Below, piece after piece: positions 35,422-45,766 of a DNA stretch of 62,845 bases. The translations under genes were made by a program, and so were the position numbers. Source of the DNA: Nitrospirota bacterium (GTDB lineage: Bacteria > Nitrospirota > Thermodesulfovibrionia > Thermodesulfovibrionales > BMS3Bbin05); the NCBI GenBank assembly GCA_020351835.1, contig CP070669.1:1157682-1220526 (forward strand), given 5' to 3'. The first letter of the stretch is position 1. Every line of letters starts with the position of its first letter. The notes beneath the pieces were generated by a model. That model did not search any database. It saw only the letters and a program-made list of their open reading frames with translations, and was not told the DNA's origin.

Positions 35422-36801
35422 ATGAAGAGATCCATATATAGCTTTTTGATCCTTGTATTACTGCTCCCCGCAGAAGCACTTTCTTCTGATACCAGTGATT
35501 TTATGCAACAAAATGAACCATCACGGATGAGCAGGATACTTCTTGCAGTAAACGATATCGATGGTGGGGACAAGACCGATGATAGCATCGAAGATAAGGA
35601 GGAACTGCCTTGGGAGCTTCTCGGGAACAGAGGCAGGCATCTCCACCTTGCACTATCATTGACGGCGGTATATACGGATAATGCCTTAAATAGCAGCAGT
35701 AACGAGCAAAGCGACCTTAGCGTTTATGCCTCGCCGGAGTTATGGGTGACGTCTCCCAGGTCACGGGAGAAACCTGATGACATAAGGAGCGCATCCAGCA
35801 AGGTGCCCGGCGGTCTTAACCTCGGTAGGTCCAGTCCCGCAATGAACAGGAAATATCAGGCGCATCTAATGTACAAAGCCGATATCCCGGTCCTGTCTGA
35901 CAACTCACCTTCGGATGATAAGACCTCTTATAGAATGGGAGGTGGCATAATCTATAAAGGCAACCGGTTCGTGTTAGATGTTGTGGACCGATATATGGTC
36001 GCGTTCGAAGAAAGGGGAACAGGTGCTTCAGCATCGTCAGATGCTGGAGAACATGACAGCAATCTATTCCATGCTATCTTTACCTATAATACGCGAAGCA
36101 GGTTTAGAGTAAGGCTGGATTATTCTCACTTTTATCTTGATTATTCGGACAGCCAGAACTCGTTCAGGGAGAGGTCTGATAATGCATACTCATTGTTCAT
36201 TTTTTACAAAGTAAGGCCGAGGACAGCAGTATTTGCTGAATATGACCTTATCGATGTGAGTTACGATAGCGATCCGACGCATGACAGTACGGAGCATCAT
36301 ATTATGGGGGGTGTGCAGTGGGATGTTACGGCAAAGACAACCGGCATAGCCAAGGCAGGCTACGGAACAAAGAACTTCAGTAATGTCAATGTCGATGCCG
36401 GCAACCTTATCTTGGAAGCGCAGATCCATCACAAATTTACTCCGAAGACATCATTGCTGTTCTCGGCATTTGGTAAGACGAATGAATCAGATCTCCAGCA
36501 GGCATATTATGTTGTATCTTACGGGGCTGAGGCTGAATATCAGCAAATGCTGACCGCGAGAATAACGGGGCTTGCCAGACTTTCACTTATTTCAGATGGA
36601 TATGAAGAAGCTATTACCTTTATGAGCCAGACCGGGAAGCGAAGCGACAACACAACGGAGGCTGCTCTGGGTGTACAATATGTCTTTAAAAGATGGCTGG
36701 AAGCATCGGCCGGGTATTCATTGACCATCAGGGAGTCCAACTTCAATTATTTCGATTACGTTGCTAATACGTTATTTGTCAGGATCACCGGCAAAATATA
36801 G
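35422..36801 (+). CDS. Outer-membrane beta-barrel protein associated with the EPS locus
   Basis: It has a signal peptide and long stretches of alternating-residue beta strands rich in Y/F/R/D (FRVRLDYSHFYLDY, AYSLFIFYKV, AGYSLTIRESNF). It is the first gene of the locus. Confidence 0.55.
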   Translation: MKRSIYSFLILVLLLPAEALSSDTSDFMQQNEPSRMSRILLAVNDIDGGDKTDDSIEDKEELPWELLGNRGRHLHLALSLTAVYTDNALNSSSNEQSDLSVYASPELWVTSPRSREKPDDIRSASSKVPGGLNLGRSSPAMNRKYQAHLMYKADIPVLSDNSPSDDKTSYRMGGGIIYKGNRFVLDVVDRYMVAFEERGTGASASSDAGEHDSNLFHAIFTYNTRSRFRVRLDYSHFYLDYSDSQNSFRERSDNAYSLFIFYKVRPRTAVFAEYDLIDVSYDSDPTHDSTEHHIMGGVQWDVTAKTTGIAKAGYGTKNFSNVNVDAGNLILEAQIHHKFTPKTSLLFSAFGKTNESDLQQAYYVVSYGAEAEYQQMLTARITGLARLSLISDGYEEAITFMSQTGKRSDNTTEAALGVQYVFKRWLEASAGYSLTIRESNFNYFDYVANTLFVRITGKI

Positions 36802-36872
36802 CGGTTCGATATATTGTCAGAGGCAAGACCCGTCGGACATTAAATTTAATACTTTTTTGCTATAATTTATAA

Positions 36873-37679
36873 ATGAGATTTACTTTTATCTTTAAGTATT
36901 CCATTATTATGTTCGTTCTATATCTTGCCCTATCCCCCTTATATTTATTCGCGGCAGAAAATTACATTGTAGGTGAAGGAGATGTCCTTAAGATCACTGT
37001 TTATGAGCACCCGGACCTTGAGACCAGGGCGCGTGTAAGTGGTGATGATACTCTCAAAATGCCTCTTATCGGAAATGTCAGCGTTTCGGGCCTTACTGTC
37101 TCGATGATCTCTGAAAAGATCACCTCACTTCTTGCCGACGGATATATAGTAAAACCTCATGTGTCAGTTTTTGTAGAGGAGTTCAGGAGCCGCAAGGCAA
37201 CTATACTGGGCCAGGTCAACAAACCAGGCATATATGTACTTAGCGGGAACACAACATTATTAGAACTGCTCTCGAATGCCGGGGGTTTGACGAAGGATGC
37301 CGGGGAGAAGGCTATTATCAAAAGGGAGAGGTCATCCGACGAAAAAGAGATATTAACCATAGACCTTAAGAGACTTGTAGAGGACGGAGAAACAAGCCTG
37401 GACGTGGCATTAATGGATAAGGACAATATATTCATATCGAAGGCGGGAGTATACTTTATTACAGGGGAGGTGCGTGACCCCGATTCCTATAAACATGAGC
37501 AGGGGACAACCGTTATAAAGGCGGTGGCCAAAGCAGGAGGTTTTACAGATACCGCCGCTCTGAAAAAGATCAGGATAATACGCAAGGTGGACGGAAAAGA
37601 GAAGGTTATCGAAAAAGTAAAAATGGATGAGCCTGTGCTCCCGGATGACGTGATAATCGTCCCGGAGAGCTTTTTTTGA
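36873..37679 (+). CDS. Polysaccharide export protein (Wza/Poly_export + SLBB)
   Basis: YIVGEGDVLKITVYEHPDL, PLIGNVSVSGLT and GYIVKPHVSVFV are present, and an SLBB-like second half contains GVYFITGEV. Confidence 0.85.
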   Translation: MRFTFIFKYSIIMFVLYLALSPLYLFAAENYIVGEGDVLKITVYEHPDLETRARVSGDDTLKMPLIGNVSVSGLTVSMISEKITSLLADGYIVKPHVSVFVEEFRSRKATILGQVNKPGIYVLSGNTTLLELLSNAGGLTKDAGEKAIIKRERSSDEKEILTIDLKRLVEDGETSLDVALMDKDNIFISKAGVYFITGEVRDPDSYKHEQGTTVIKAVAKAGGFTDTAALKKIRIIRKVDGKEKVIEKVKMDEPVLPDDVIIVPESFF

Positions 37680-39796
37680 TCATGAAAATAAAAGACAATC
37701 ATCTCAGGGATTATTTAAGGGTGCTAATGAGAAGAAGGTATGTTGTAATTACTTTCTTCATTTTAGTCCTTGCTGCGGCGATTATAATGACCTTTACTGC
37801 GAAGCCCCTTTATATGGCAAATGTTAAGCTCATTATAGAGAAGAACGAATCAAGCCACCTTGGCAACTCGAGACCGTACTACTTCCCTTATGACCCGGAG
37901 TTCTATGAGACCCAGTATCAGATAATAAAGAGCGTCTCTGTGGGAAGAAAAGTAGTTAGAATGCTGTCCCTGGACAGCACGTATGATGATTACATGAAAG
38001 GAAAGCCGTCCGGACCCAATGATGCTGTGAGCGGAGATGTTCAAAACAATGAGGGTCAGGAAAGGGTAGAGATGCTTGCACGGTCTGTAAGCAATTCTAT
38101 TGTGGTCAATCCAATTAAGGACAGCAGGATGGTAGTCATTAGTTACTACTCTCCAAGTCCGGAGCTTGCCGCCATGATATCTAATTCTGTTGCGCAGGCC
38201 TATATGGACGAGATACTTGATATGAGAATGAGCATATCAAGGCATGCCGTGGACTGGCTTACAAGAAAGGCAGAAGAAGAACGGGAAAAACTGGAAGACT
38301 CCGAAAGAGCTTTACAGGAATATAAAAGAAAATATGATATAGTCACCCTGGAGAACAGGATAGCTATGGTACCTGAGAAGTTATCTGAGGTCGCGAACAA
38401 GATCGCCGTTTCTGAAACGAAAAGAAAAGAGATCGAGGTACTCTATGAAAAAGTAAGAAATAAAAGAGATGATCCGCGGTCTATTGAGAACATCCCGGCT
38501 ATTGCAAATGACGCTATCGTAAAGCAATTGCGTGAGAAGGTATTGTCAGCTGAACAGAACATAACGGAACTATCTAAAAAGTATGGCCCTAAACACCCGG
38601 CGATGATCAAGGCAAAGGAAGAGCTTGAAGGATTGATCAGAAACAAGGATAGAGAGGTTGTAAGAGCGATAGAATCGATAAGGAGCGAGTATGAGCTTGC
38701 AAGGGAAGGTGAGGACAATCTCAGGGCTTTAGCTGCCAAGACAAAGGAGGATACACTCGACCTCAATGAAAAGTTCATACAGTATAGTGTGCTTAAGAGG
38801 GAGGTGGAGACGAACAAGCAGCTGTTCGACTCGATTCTCAAGAAGATCAAGGAGCTGGATATTGCAGAGGATGTAAAGACCGTTAATGTTTGGGTCGTTG
38901 AAAAGGCCACCGTTCCGGATGCCCCGGCGAAGCCCAGGAAGGCCAGGAACATTTTTTTGAGCATAATGCTGGGGCTTCTTGGAGGTGTCGGCCTGGCCTT
39001 CTTTGTTGAGTACCTCGATAACACTGTAAAATCAACTGAGGACATTGAGGAGAGGATAGATGCACCTGCACTTGGGATGGTCACACTGTATAAGGGTGAG
39101 GATAAAGCGATCGAGAAGGTGATCCTGGAGGACCCGCACTCGGTGTTCGCTGAAGGGTATAGGGGGATCAGGACCTCTATGCTCCTTTCACGAGCTGACA
39201 AACCGCCCAGGAACGTCCTTATTACGAGTGTTTCTCCGCAGGAAGGGAAGACGGTCACATCTGTAAATCTTGCGACTACAATGGCCCAGTCGGAACTTTC
39301 GGTCCTGCTGATAGACGGTGATCTAAGAAGGCCGCGCATACACGAGATATTCGGATTTGATAATGATAAAGGACTAAGTACATATCTGGCTGGGGCAGAG
39401 GGATCGGGTGATATTCGCAAGGGGCATGTTGAGAATCTCAGCATAATAACCTCGGGACCAATACCACCTAATCCCAACGAGCTCCTTAACTCATCAAGGT
39501 TGGGGATGTTCATAGATGATATATCTTCAAGGTTCGACATGATACTATGGGATTCTGCGCCGATATTAACTGTCACAGACAGCCTGATACTGAGTAAAGT
39601 ACTCGATGGCACTGTTCTCGTGACGAGGGCAGGCAAGACAACACACGAAGAATTAGTAAGGGGCCTTAAATCCATGGATGATATTGGGTCAAGATTACTG
39701 GGAATTATAGTAAACGGATTCGATATCGATAAGAACGAGTATGGTTCCAGGTACTATAAAAATTATTATGCATATGGGGGTCATTCAAGATCATAG
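37676..39796 (+). CDS. Polysaccharide co-polymerase / tyrosine autokinase (Wzc/GumC-type, PCP-2a)
   Basis: There is an N-terminal Wzz-type TM plus coiled-coil periplasmic domain and a second TM. The kinase has Walker A SPQEGKTVTS, Walker A' LIDGDLRRP and Walker B LWDSAP, with the C-terminal Tyr cluster YGSRYYKNYYAYGG. ATG 37682 is the likely start. Confidence 0.9.
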   Translation: MIMKIKDNHLRDYLRVLMRRRYVVITFFILVLAAAIIMTFTAKPLYMANVKLIIEKNESSHLGNSRPYYFPYDPEFYETQYQIIKSVSVGRKVVRMLSLDSTYDDYMKGKPSGPNDAVSGDVQNNEGQERVEMLARSVSNSIVVNPIKDSRMVVISYYSPSPELAAMISNSVAQAYMDEILDMRMSISRHAVDWLTRKAEEEREKLEDSERALQEYKRKYDIVTLENRIAMVPEKLSEVANKIAVSETKRKEIEVLYEKVRNKRDDPRSIENIPAIANDAIVKQLREKVLSAEQNITELSKKYGPKHPAMIKAKEELEGLIRNKDREVVRAIESIRSEYELAREGEDNLRALAAKTKEDTLDLNEKFIQYSVLKREVETNKQLFDSILKKIKELDIAEDVKTVNVWVVEKATVPDAPAKPRKARNIFLSIMLGLLGGVGLAFFVEYLDNTVKSTEDIEERIDAPALGMVTLYKGEDKAIEKVILEDPHSVFAEGYRGIRTSMLLSRADKPPRNVLITSVSPQEGKTVTSVNLATTMAQSELSVLLIDGDLRRPRIHEIFGFDNDKGLSTYLAGAEGSGDIRKGHVENLSIITSGPIPPNPNELLNSSRLGMFIDDISSRFDMILWDSAPILTVTDSLILSKVLDGTVLVTRAGKTTHEELVRGLKSMDDIGSRLLGIIVNGFDIDKNEYGSRYYKNYYAYGGHSRS

Positions 39797-39820
39797 CCCG
39801 ACCGCACCCTATCATCATGC

Positions 39821-42202
39821 TTGCTCAATTTTTCTTTTTACAGGTCTCGAGCAGGTTTGCTGAACAGGATATTATATAGCTGTTTGCTTTTGCTTTTAGC
39901 TTTCACGCCTCTTGCGTTCGGCACAGTTGAGCCCTGGTCGCTCTCAATAATGGAGCTCATTTCATTCATAATGCTTGCCGGTGTTATGCTTGATCTCTCA
40001 TCAAAAAAAGCCTCTCCCTTCCGTGTACCCGGCCTTCTGCCGCTGTCACTTTTTATTGGTTATATCATATTGCAGTTAATACCACTGCCGGCCATCATTT
40101 TAAAGGTCATTTCACCTGTTACGCACGATTTATACTTTAACACCGTTTGGTCCGGCGAGAGCATGCAATGGGGAACGATCTCTCTAAATAAAAAAGCCAC
40201 GATTAACGAGCTACTTAGGTGGGCATCATACGCTTCTTTTTATATAGTGATAGTTCAATTGGTAGACAGCAGAGAGCGATTTAAGAGGTTGATTAATCTG
40301 TCTGTTATCTTTATGGCGATTGTTTCGCTCTTTTCAATAGTGCAGGCCGTTAGTTCTAATGGAAAGATATACTGGATGAGGGATCTGACGCAAGGAGGAG
40401 AGATGTTCGGGCCATATGTGAATCGAAACCACTATGCCGGACTGGTTGCTTCAATACTTCCAGTAGCACTCGCCCTCTTCATCTACTATAAGCCCTCCCA
40501 AAGCAGCGGGTCCTATAGGGAGCGCTTGCTTAAAATGCTCGGGGGGCGGCGATATAATATATCGGTAATGCTCCTTGTATCTGTGATTGTGCTATCCATG
40601 TCAGTGTTCATGAGCCTTTCTCGCGGAGGGATCATCTCCCTCATAATATCTGTGATCTTCATGGGACTGATGATCCTCACGATAACTAAGGAGACAAAAA
40701 AAGGAGGCACAGTTTTCATTATTCTCCTGATGATCATACTCTTTGCAGCCTGGTTTGCGTGGGGCCCGGTTACAGAGAGGTTCGGGCTCATGACCGACAA
40801 AGAAGGGTCAATTACCGATGTGCGTAAGGATCTCTGGTCAGACACCCTGCAGATCATAAAAGACTTCCCCTTGTTCGGGACCGGTATGGGAACATTTAGT
40901 GACATATATAATAAATACCGTACGATCCCTCACGGTAAGATCGTTGGCCATGCACATAACTTCTATCTTGAGCTATTCGCGGAGGGAGGCATTATTGCGG
41001 GTACTATTATGGTGAGTTTCCTGATATCTGTGATCTTAAGGTCAGTGCGGACTCTGAGGAAAAGACACGACCGCTATGCGATCTTCATTTCTCTGGGAAT
41101 AATGGCAGGACTGATATCAATCCTTATGCACAGCACCGTTGATTTCAGTGTTCATATCGGCGCAAACGGTCTGTACCTCTTCTTTCTCCTGGGTATGCTT
41201 GTAACCTGTTCCAGTTTAAGGTTCGAAAACGTTATCGGAAGTCATTACCTGGAAAGGTCCGGTGGAGCACCTTTCAAAGCTATTGGGGTTATGGTAATTG
41301 TAATTCTAATATTCTGCGCACAGTATCAGGGAAGAGTTATTGCGGGCAGCAGGTATTATTCCAGGGTTGATAAGAGCTCAATAGACAGTATGATGACAGA
41401 AGAAGAGATGGATCGCAGCACTGATGATCTTGCGATGGCTTCCCGATTAGACAGGCTTGAAGCCCGGTACTCCATTTACCTGGCTGACCTTCAGTGGGTA
41501 AGGGGTGACCGTGACTTAGCCTTGAGTAATTACAAAAGGGGAGTAGGTAATGGCCCGACTAAGGCTGAGTACGTTCAGAAGCTAGGGATCGCGTTGGGCT
41601 CTGCTGGTGATGTCAGGACGGCAGAGGGGCTTCTCCGCTGGGGAGTGATGCTGGATAGAAAGAATCCGTTCAGGTATCAGGTGCTAGGCTCATGGCTTAT
41701 AAACAGACAAAAAGCAGATGAGGGACTTGATATGATCACAACGGCTATATCGCTTGAGCCTGACAGGACCGGTGAATACATAGCATTGCTAGCTATGAGC
41801 GATATTAGTGATGCAGATATAAAAAGAACTCTTCCTGATAATTTTATGCCGCATTATATCTTTGCCGAATATATGGTCATGACAGGTAATCATAAGGATG
41901 CCGTGTCATCCTATATCTCAGCATTTGAAAAGGTCAAAGACCCGGCCAAGGCCGGAATAATGAGGTTCATTAAAGCGCATCGGTACTTTATTGAGATCGA
42001 AGCCTATGATGAGTCTGTCAATATAATGGAAAAGGCTATCGATATTTTCCCGGGGGATATTGATGCTATGCTCGCCCTGGCCATATCGTATGAAAAGAAC
42101 GGCCAGTTGGCAAGGGCCGGGAATATGTATGAAGAAATACTTCGTTCACATCCTGGAGATGAAAGGGCAATTAGGTCTCTAGGTAGGATCTACGGACAGT
42201 GA
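39821..42202 (+). CDS. O-antigen ligase/polymerase-family (Wzy_C) membrane protein with a C-terminal TPR domain
   Basis: About 10-12 TM helices are followed by the typical loop SRGGIISL...HAHNFYLELFAEGG. After about residue 500 comes a soluble TPR-like repeat region (ALSNYKRGV..., AISYEKNGQLARAGNMYEEIL). The start is TTG. Confidence 0.7.
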   Translation: MLNFSFYRSRAGLLNRILYSCLLLLLAFTPLAFGTVEPWSLSIMELISFIMLAGVMLDLSSKKASPFRVPGLLPLSLFIGYIILQLIPLPAIILKVISPVTHDLYFNTVWSGESMQWGTISLNKKATINELLRWASYASFYIVIVQLVDSRERFKRLINLSVIFMAIVSLFSIVQAVSSNGKIYWMRDLTQGGEMFGPYVNRNHYAGLVASILPVALALFIYYKPSQSSGSYRERLLKMLGGRRYNISVMLLVSVIVLSMSVFMSLSRGGIISLIISVIFMGLMILTITKETKKGGTVFIILLMIILFAAWFAWGPVTERFGLMTDKEGSITDVRKDLWSDTLQIIKDFPLFGTGMGTFSDIYNKYRTIPHGKIVGHAHNFYLELFAEGGIIAGTIMVSFLISVILRSVRTLRKRHDRYAIFISLGIMAGLISILMHSTVDFSVHIGANGLYLFFLLGMLVTCSSLRFENVIGSHYLERSGGAPFKAIGVMVIVILIFCAQYQGRVIAGSRYYSRVDKSSIDSMMTEEEMDRSTDDLAMASRLDRLEARYSIYLADLQWVRGDRDLALSNYKRGVGNGPTKAEYVQKLGIALGSAGDVRTAEGLLRWGVMLDRKNPFRYQVLGSWLINRQKADEGLDMITTAISLEPDRTGEYIALLAMSDISDADIKRTLPDNFMPHYIFAEYMVMTGNHKDAVSSYISAFEKVKDPAKAGIMRFIKAHRYFIEIEAYDESVNIMEKAIDIFPGDIDAMLALAISYEKNGQLARAGNMYEEILRSHPGDERAIRSLGRIYGQ

Positions 42203-43530
42203 TGAACAGCAGGATCGCAGATAGCAGCTCGATAAGTCTCAGGTCGTACCTGGTGAAGGGAACGATGGGAACATTTATCCTTCTCATAGCGGCAACAGGG
42301 CTCGGTTTCCTGACAAATCTGATATTAGCGAGGATCCTGGGGGTCGCAGAGTATGGAGCATATGCATTTGCTTTTTCAGGGGTCGGGTTGCTTACTGTCA
42401 TATCAATGTTCGGCATGACGAACATCTTGATAAGGAACATTTCCGCTTATTCTACTGAAGAAAAATGGGGTCTGCTCCGCGGCATCAAGATATGGGCACT
42501 TTCAAGAGGAGCAGTATCTTCAATCCTCATGTCTTTATTTGCGGGTCTTATTATATGGTTGATCAGCGATCGTATCGATGATCAACTTCTTCTCGTATCG
42601 TGGATCGCCTTGTTTGCTGTGCCGCTTTTGGTCGTATCCAATCTGATAATGTCGATACTGCATGGATTGAAGCGAGTAGTTCTTTCGAAGGTACCTGGAA
42701 CAGTGGTCAGAGCACCTTTTTTCATTCTATTGGTACTGTTAGTGAATAAGACCATATTCCCGTTAAAAGCGGCTTCTGCTGCAGCTTTGAACATTTTCTC
42801 AATATTGGCAGCTCTCGCTCTGAGCTGGCTGTTACTTCTGAGGTCGAGTACAAGGCAGATGAGGGAAAATGAGCCTGAGTACGACCGCAAAGGCTGGACA
42901 TCGAGCGCAATACCGTTATTAGTAGTAGACATCTTTAATGTGGCAATGGCTTGTGTGCCTGTTCTTGCGCTTGGTGTGATCGCCGGAGCCGAAAGTGCCG
43001 GTGTTTTCTCAGTTGCAAATGTTATATCGAGCATTATAGGTTTTGTGTTAATTGCTGTCAATGCGATCATCGGGCCCGTGATCTAGTCATTCCATGTAAA
43101 AGGAGAGATGGGAGTGCTTCAGAAGTTGCTTACCAAAAGTGCGAGGGCTGCGACTGTTTCAATACTGTTGCCATTTATTGCATTGGTAGTACTGAGCAAA
43201 GAGCTTCTTGGCTTATTTGGCGGGGCGTATCAAGAGGGGGGCACTGCACTGATAATGCTCTGTGTTGCCCAGGTCGTTAATATAGTATCTGGCTCAGGTG
43301 GTATTGCGCTCATAATGACAGGACATGAACGTGATGCCGCAACTGCAATGGGTCTGGCTGCTATCCTGGCCGTGATCATGAACATAGTTCTTATTCCTGT
43401 CTGGGGTATAAATGGTGCGGCTGCCGCCGCCGCGATGAGCATGGTCGCCTGGAATATTATAATGGTCCTGCTTGTCAGGAGGCGTCTGGGGCTCGACCCA
43501 ACGGCACTTGGTTTGTTCTTAAATCCATGA
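42199..43530 (+). pseudogene. Wzx-type oligosaccharide flippase (MOP superfamily) interrupted by an in-frame TAG at 43084-43086
   Basis: ORFs 42199..43086 (295 aa) and 43108..43530 (140 aa) are in the same frame (offset 909 = 303 codons). Together they give about 443 aa with about 12-14 TM helices, the normal Wzx size. The junction reads ...NAIIGPVI-TAG-SFHVKGEMGVLQKLL. Confidence 0.7.
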
Positions 43531-43568
43531 TCAATTAATAGCTGTATGATTTGTGCAGGACCATAATA

Positions 43569-44471
43569 ATGAAAAATAGACCGAACCTGTTCATTGTAGG
43601 AGCACCGAAGAGTGGCACTACCGCGATATACCATTACTTAAATGGTCACCCGGACATCTTTATGTCAGAGGTCAAGGAACCATATTATTTTGGCAATGAT
43701 ATCCATTACCGTATGAAAAGGATGAGCGAAGAGGAGTATATGTTGCTTTTCAGTAAGGCGCCGGAGGAGAAATATCGTGGAGAGGCATCAGTAACATACC
43801 TGTACTCAGAAAGCGCGCCGTATGAGATTAAAGCTTTCAATCCGGATTCAAAAATAATAATTATCCTGAGGGACCCCGTGGAGATGATGTACTCACTTCA
43901 TAGTCAGTTATGCTTCACCGCATTTGAAGATGAGGGAGATTTTAAGAAAGCTTTGTCGCTTGAAGGGTCCAGGAAATTGATGAAGAACATTCCTGATAAT
44001 TGCAAGATAGTAGATTTTCTATTCTATCGGGAGTTCGCAAAGTATTATGCTCAGGTTAAACGCTATCTTGAGGTCTTCGGGAGTGAAAACGTACATGTTG
44101 GCATCTTTGATGACTTTGAAAGAGACCCCGATATGTTCTACAGGGAAGTGCTTTCGTTCTTAGGCGTTAATGCAGACCCAGTGCCTTATGCCTTTGCCCG
44201 GATAAATGCCAACAAAAGGATCAGGCGAAGATGGATCTTTGATATGCTTAGTTCCGGACCGGTCGTAGCAGCAGCAAGGCTATTGATCCCATCAAGAAGA
44301 TTAAGGCAATCCATTTCCCTGGTGATAAGTAACTGGAATATCAGTAAGGAGCCCAGGAAGCCGTTGGAATATTCCCTGGAAAATGATCTGCGAAATGAGT
44401 TTAAGGATGAGATCGAAAAGCTGTCCTTGCTGCTGAGCAGGGACATGAAGCTATGGGGTCAGGAGAGATGA
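43569..44471 (+). CDS. PAPS-dependent sulfotransferase family protein
   Basis: The 5'-PSB loop is FIVGAPKSGTTAIYHYL and the 3'-PB region is IIIILRDPVEMMYS. ATG 43569 is preferred over TTG 43551. Confidence 0.8.
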   Translation: MKNRPNLFIVGAPKSGTTAIYHYLNGHPDIFMSEVKEPYYFGNDIHYRMKRMSEEEYMLLFSKAPEEKYRGEASVTYLYSESAPYEIKAFNPDSKIIIILRDPVEMMYSLHSQLCFTAFEDEGDFKKALSLEGSRKLMKNIPDNCKIVDFLFYREFAKYYAQVKRYLEVFGSENVHVGIFDDFERDPDMFYREVLSFLGVNADPVPYAFARINANKRIRRRWIFDMLSSGPVVAAARLLIPSRRLRQSISLVISNWNISKEPRKPLEYSLENDLRNEFKDEIEKLSLLLSRDMKLWGQER

Positions 44472-45766
44472 GAGTACTTCAGGTCGTTCACGCATTTCCG
44501 CCCTTTAGCAATGGCGGCGTGGAGAAGCATACTTATCAGCTGTCGCAGGCACTGTCCGCAGATCACGATGTCCATGTAATATTCACTTCGCTGGGAGTGA
44601 GCACATATAAGAAACAAATGATCGATAGAATTAATGCCCATGTCATAGGCATTGGCAGTCAAAAGTCAGGGATAACGACTTTAAGGAAACTAAGGGTTGA
44701 GCACTTTCATAAAAGAACAGGTGTTAAGATCTTCAAAGATATCATTGCCGGAATAGATCCTGACATAATCCACTTTCAGCACCTTCTGGGATTGTCAGCT
44801 GACTGGATCGGTGTCGCACTGTCCGGCAGATGTTCCACATTCATTACTCTTCATGATTACTGGTATATCTGTCCTGCCATAGAATTGATAGACCAGAATG
44901 ATAATGTTTGTGAAGGACCGCAGCCCGGTAAATGCAGAAGCTGCTGGTCTGCGAGGAGGGCTGTGGAGATCAATAATAAACATGGATCGTTACTATTTGC
45001 ACCGGCCCTGTCTTTGGTTATCAGATCGATCAATAAAGAATATGAGTTCAAAAAAAGAGAGGCTGAATTATTGATGCATCTTAATAAGATAGACCATATC
45101 ATATCACCGTCAGAATTCCTGAAGAGGATATACGTTGATCACGGTGTTTCCGGGGATAAGATATTGGTGGTGAGAAACGGAGTTGATACAGGCTTGCTTT
45201 CACGAGTGGCCGAAGAGAAGAAGAAAATCAATAGAGCAGAGAATATAGTTTTCGGATATGTGGGAAGACTGGTCAGGTCCAAGGGATTAAAGATCGCTGT
45301 AGAGGCGTTTAAGGGCATTCCGGCAGATAAGGCCGAACTAAGGATCTACGGCAGAATAAAGGAGGAAGACGGATATGTCCGAGATGTCAGGAAATCTGCC
45401 GAAGGGGTCCGTAATATTAAGTTCATGGGCGAGGAACTGGACCAAAGAAAAATATATGAGAGCATTGATGTGTTGATCTTTCCCTCAATATGGTATGAGA
45501 ACAGTCCACTGGTCCTGCTTGAAGCGCTGGCAGCGAGGATACCTGTTATTGCGTCGGACATCGGCGCTGTCCCGGAGCTTGTCGAGGATGGGAGGAATGG
45601 CAGGCTGTTCCAGTGCGGTAACGCAAAAGAGCTTAGAATGCAAATAAACAATTTCCTGGAGGACAGGGGCATGATATCAAAAATGTCAGAGCGCATGGGT
45701 AGACCTCCATCTATCGAGGAGAATGCTTTGAGGATATCACAGTTATATGGTATGTCATTAAGATGA
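44468..45766 (+). CDS. Glycosyltransferase family 4 (GT-B)
   Basis: MRVLQVVHAFPPFSNGGVEKH is present, and the EX7E region is SIWYENSPLVLLEALAARIPVIASDIG. It has an ATGA overlap with the sulfotransferase stop. Confidence 0.85.
   Translation: MRVLQVVHAFPPFSNGGVEKHTYQLSQALSADHDVHVIFTSLGVSTYKKQMIDRINAHVIGIGSQKSGITTLRKLRVEHFHKRTGVKIFKDIIAGIDPDIIHFQHLLGLSADWIGVALSGRCSTFITLHDYWYICPAIELIDQNDNVCEGPQPGKCRSCWSARRAVEINNKHGSLLFAPALSLVIRSINKEYEFKKREAELLMHLNKIDHIISPSEFLKRIYVDHGVSGDKILVVRNGVDTGLLSRVAEEKKKINRAENIVFGYVGRLVRSKGLKIAVEAFKGIPADKAELRIYGRIKEEDGYVRDVRKSAEGVRNIKFMGEELDQRKIYESIDVLIFPSIWYENSPLVLLEALAARIPVIASDIGAVPELVEDGRNGRLFQCGNAKELRMQINNFLEDRGMISKMSERMGRPPSIEENALRISQLYGMSLR

Noticed and set aside
38443-39675. 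A 410-aa antisense ORF inside the Wzc gene. Similar long antisense ORFs occur in mreB (15291..15830), prfA (20975..21505), the DUF1385 gene (21958..22452), the Wzx gene (42582..43070) and a GT4 gene (50255..51086).
   Set aside because: These are Ser/Leu/Pro-rich low-complexity translations with no recognisable motifs, each fully nested opposite a strongly supported gene. They are typical shadow ORFs.
42951-43280. A 109-aa Cys/Arg-rich ORF spanning the Wzx TAG region in another frame, as a possible alternative or overlapping gene
   Set aside because: Its composition (MCACSCAWCDRRSRKCRCF...) is typical of an off-frame translation of a membrane-protein gene. It has no SD, and the in-frame continuation of Wzx explains the region better.
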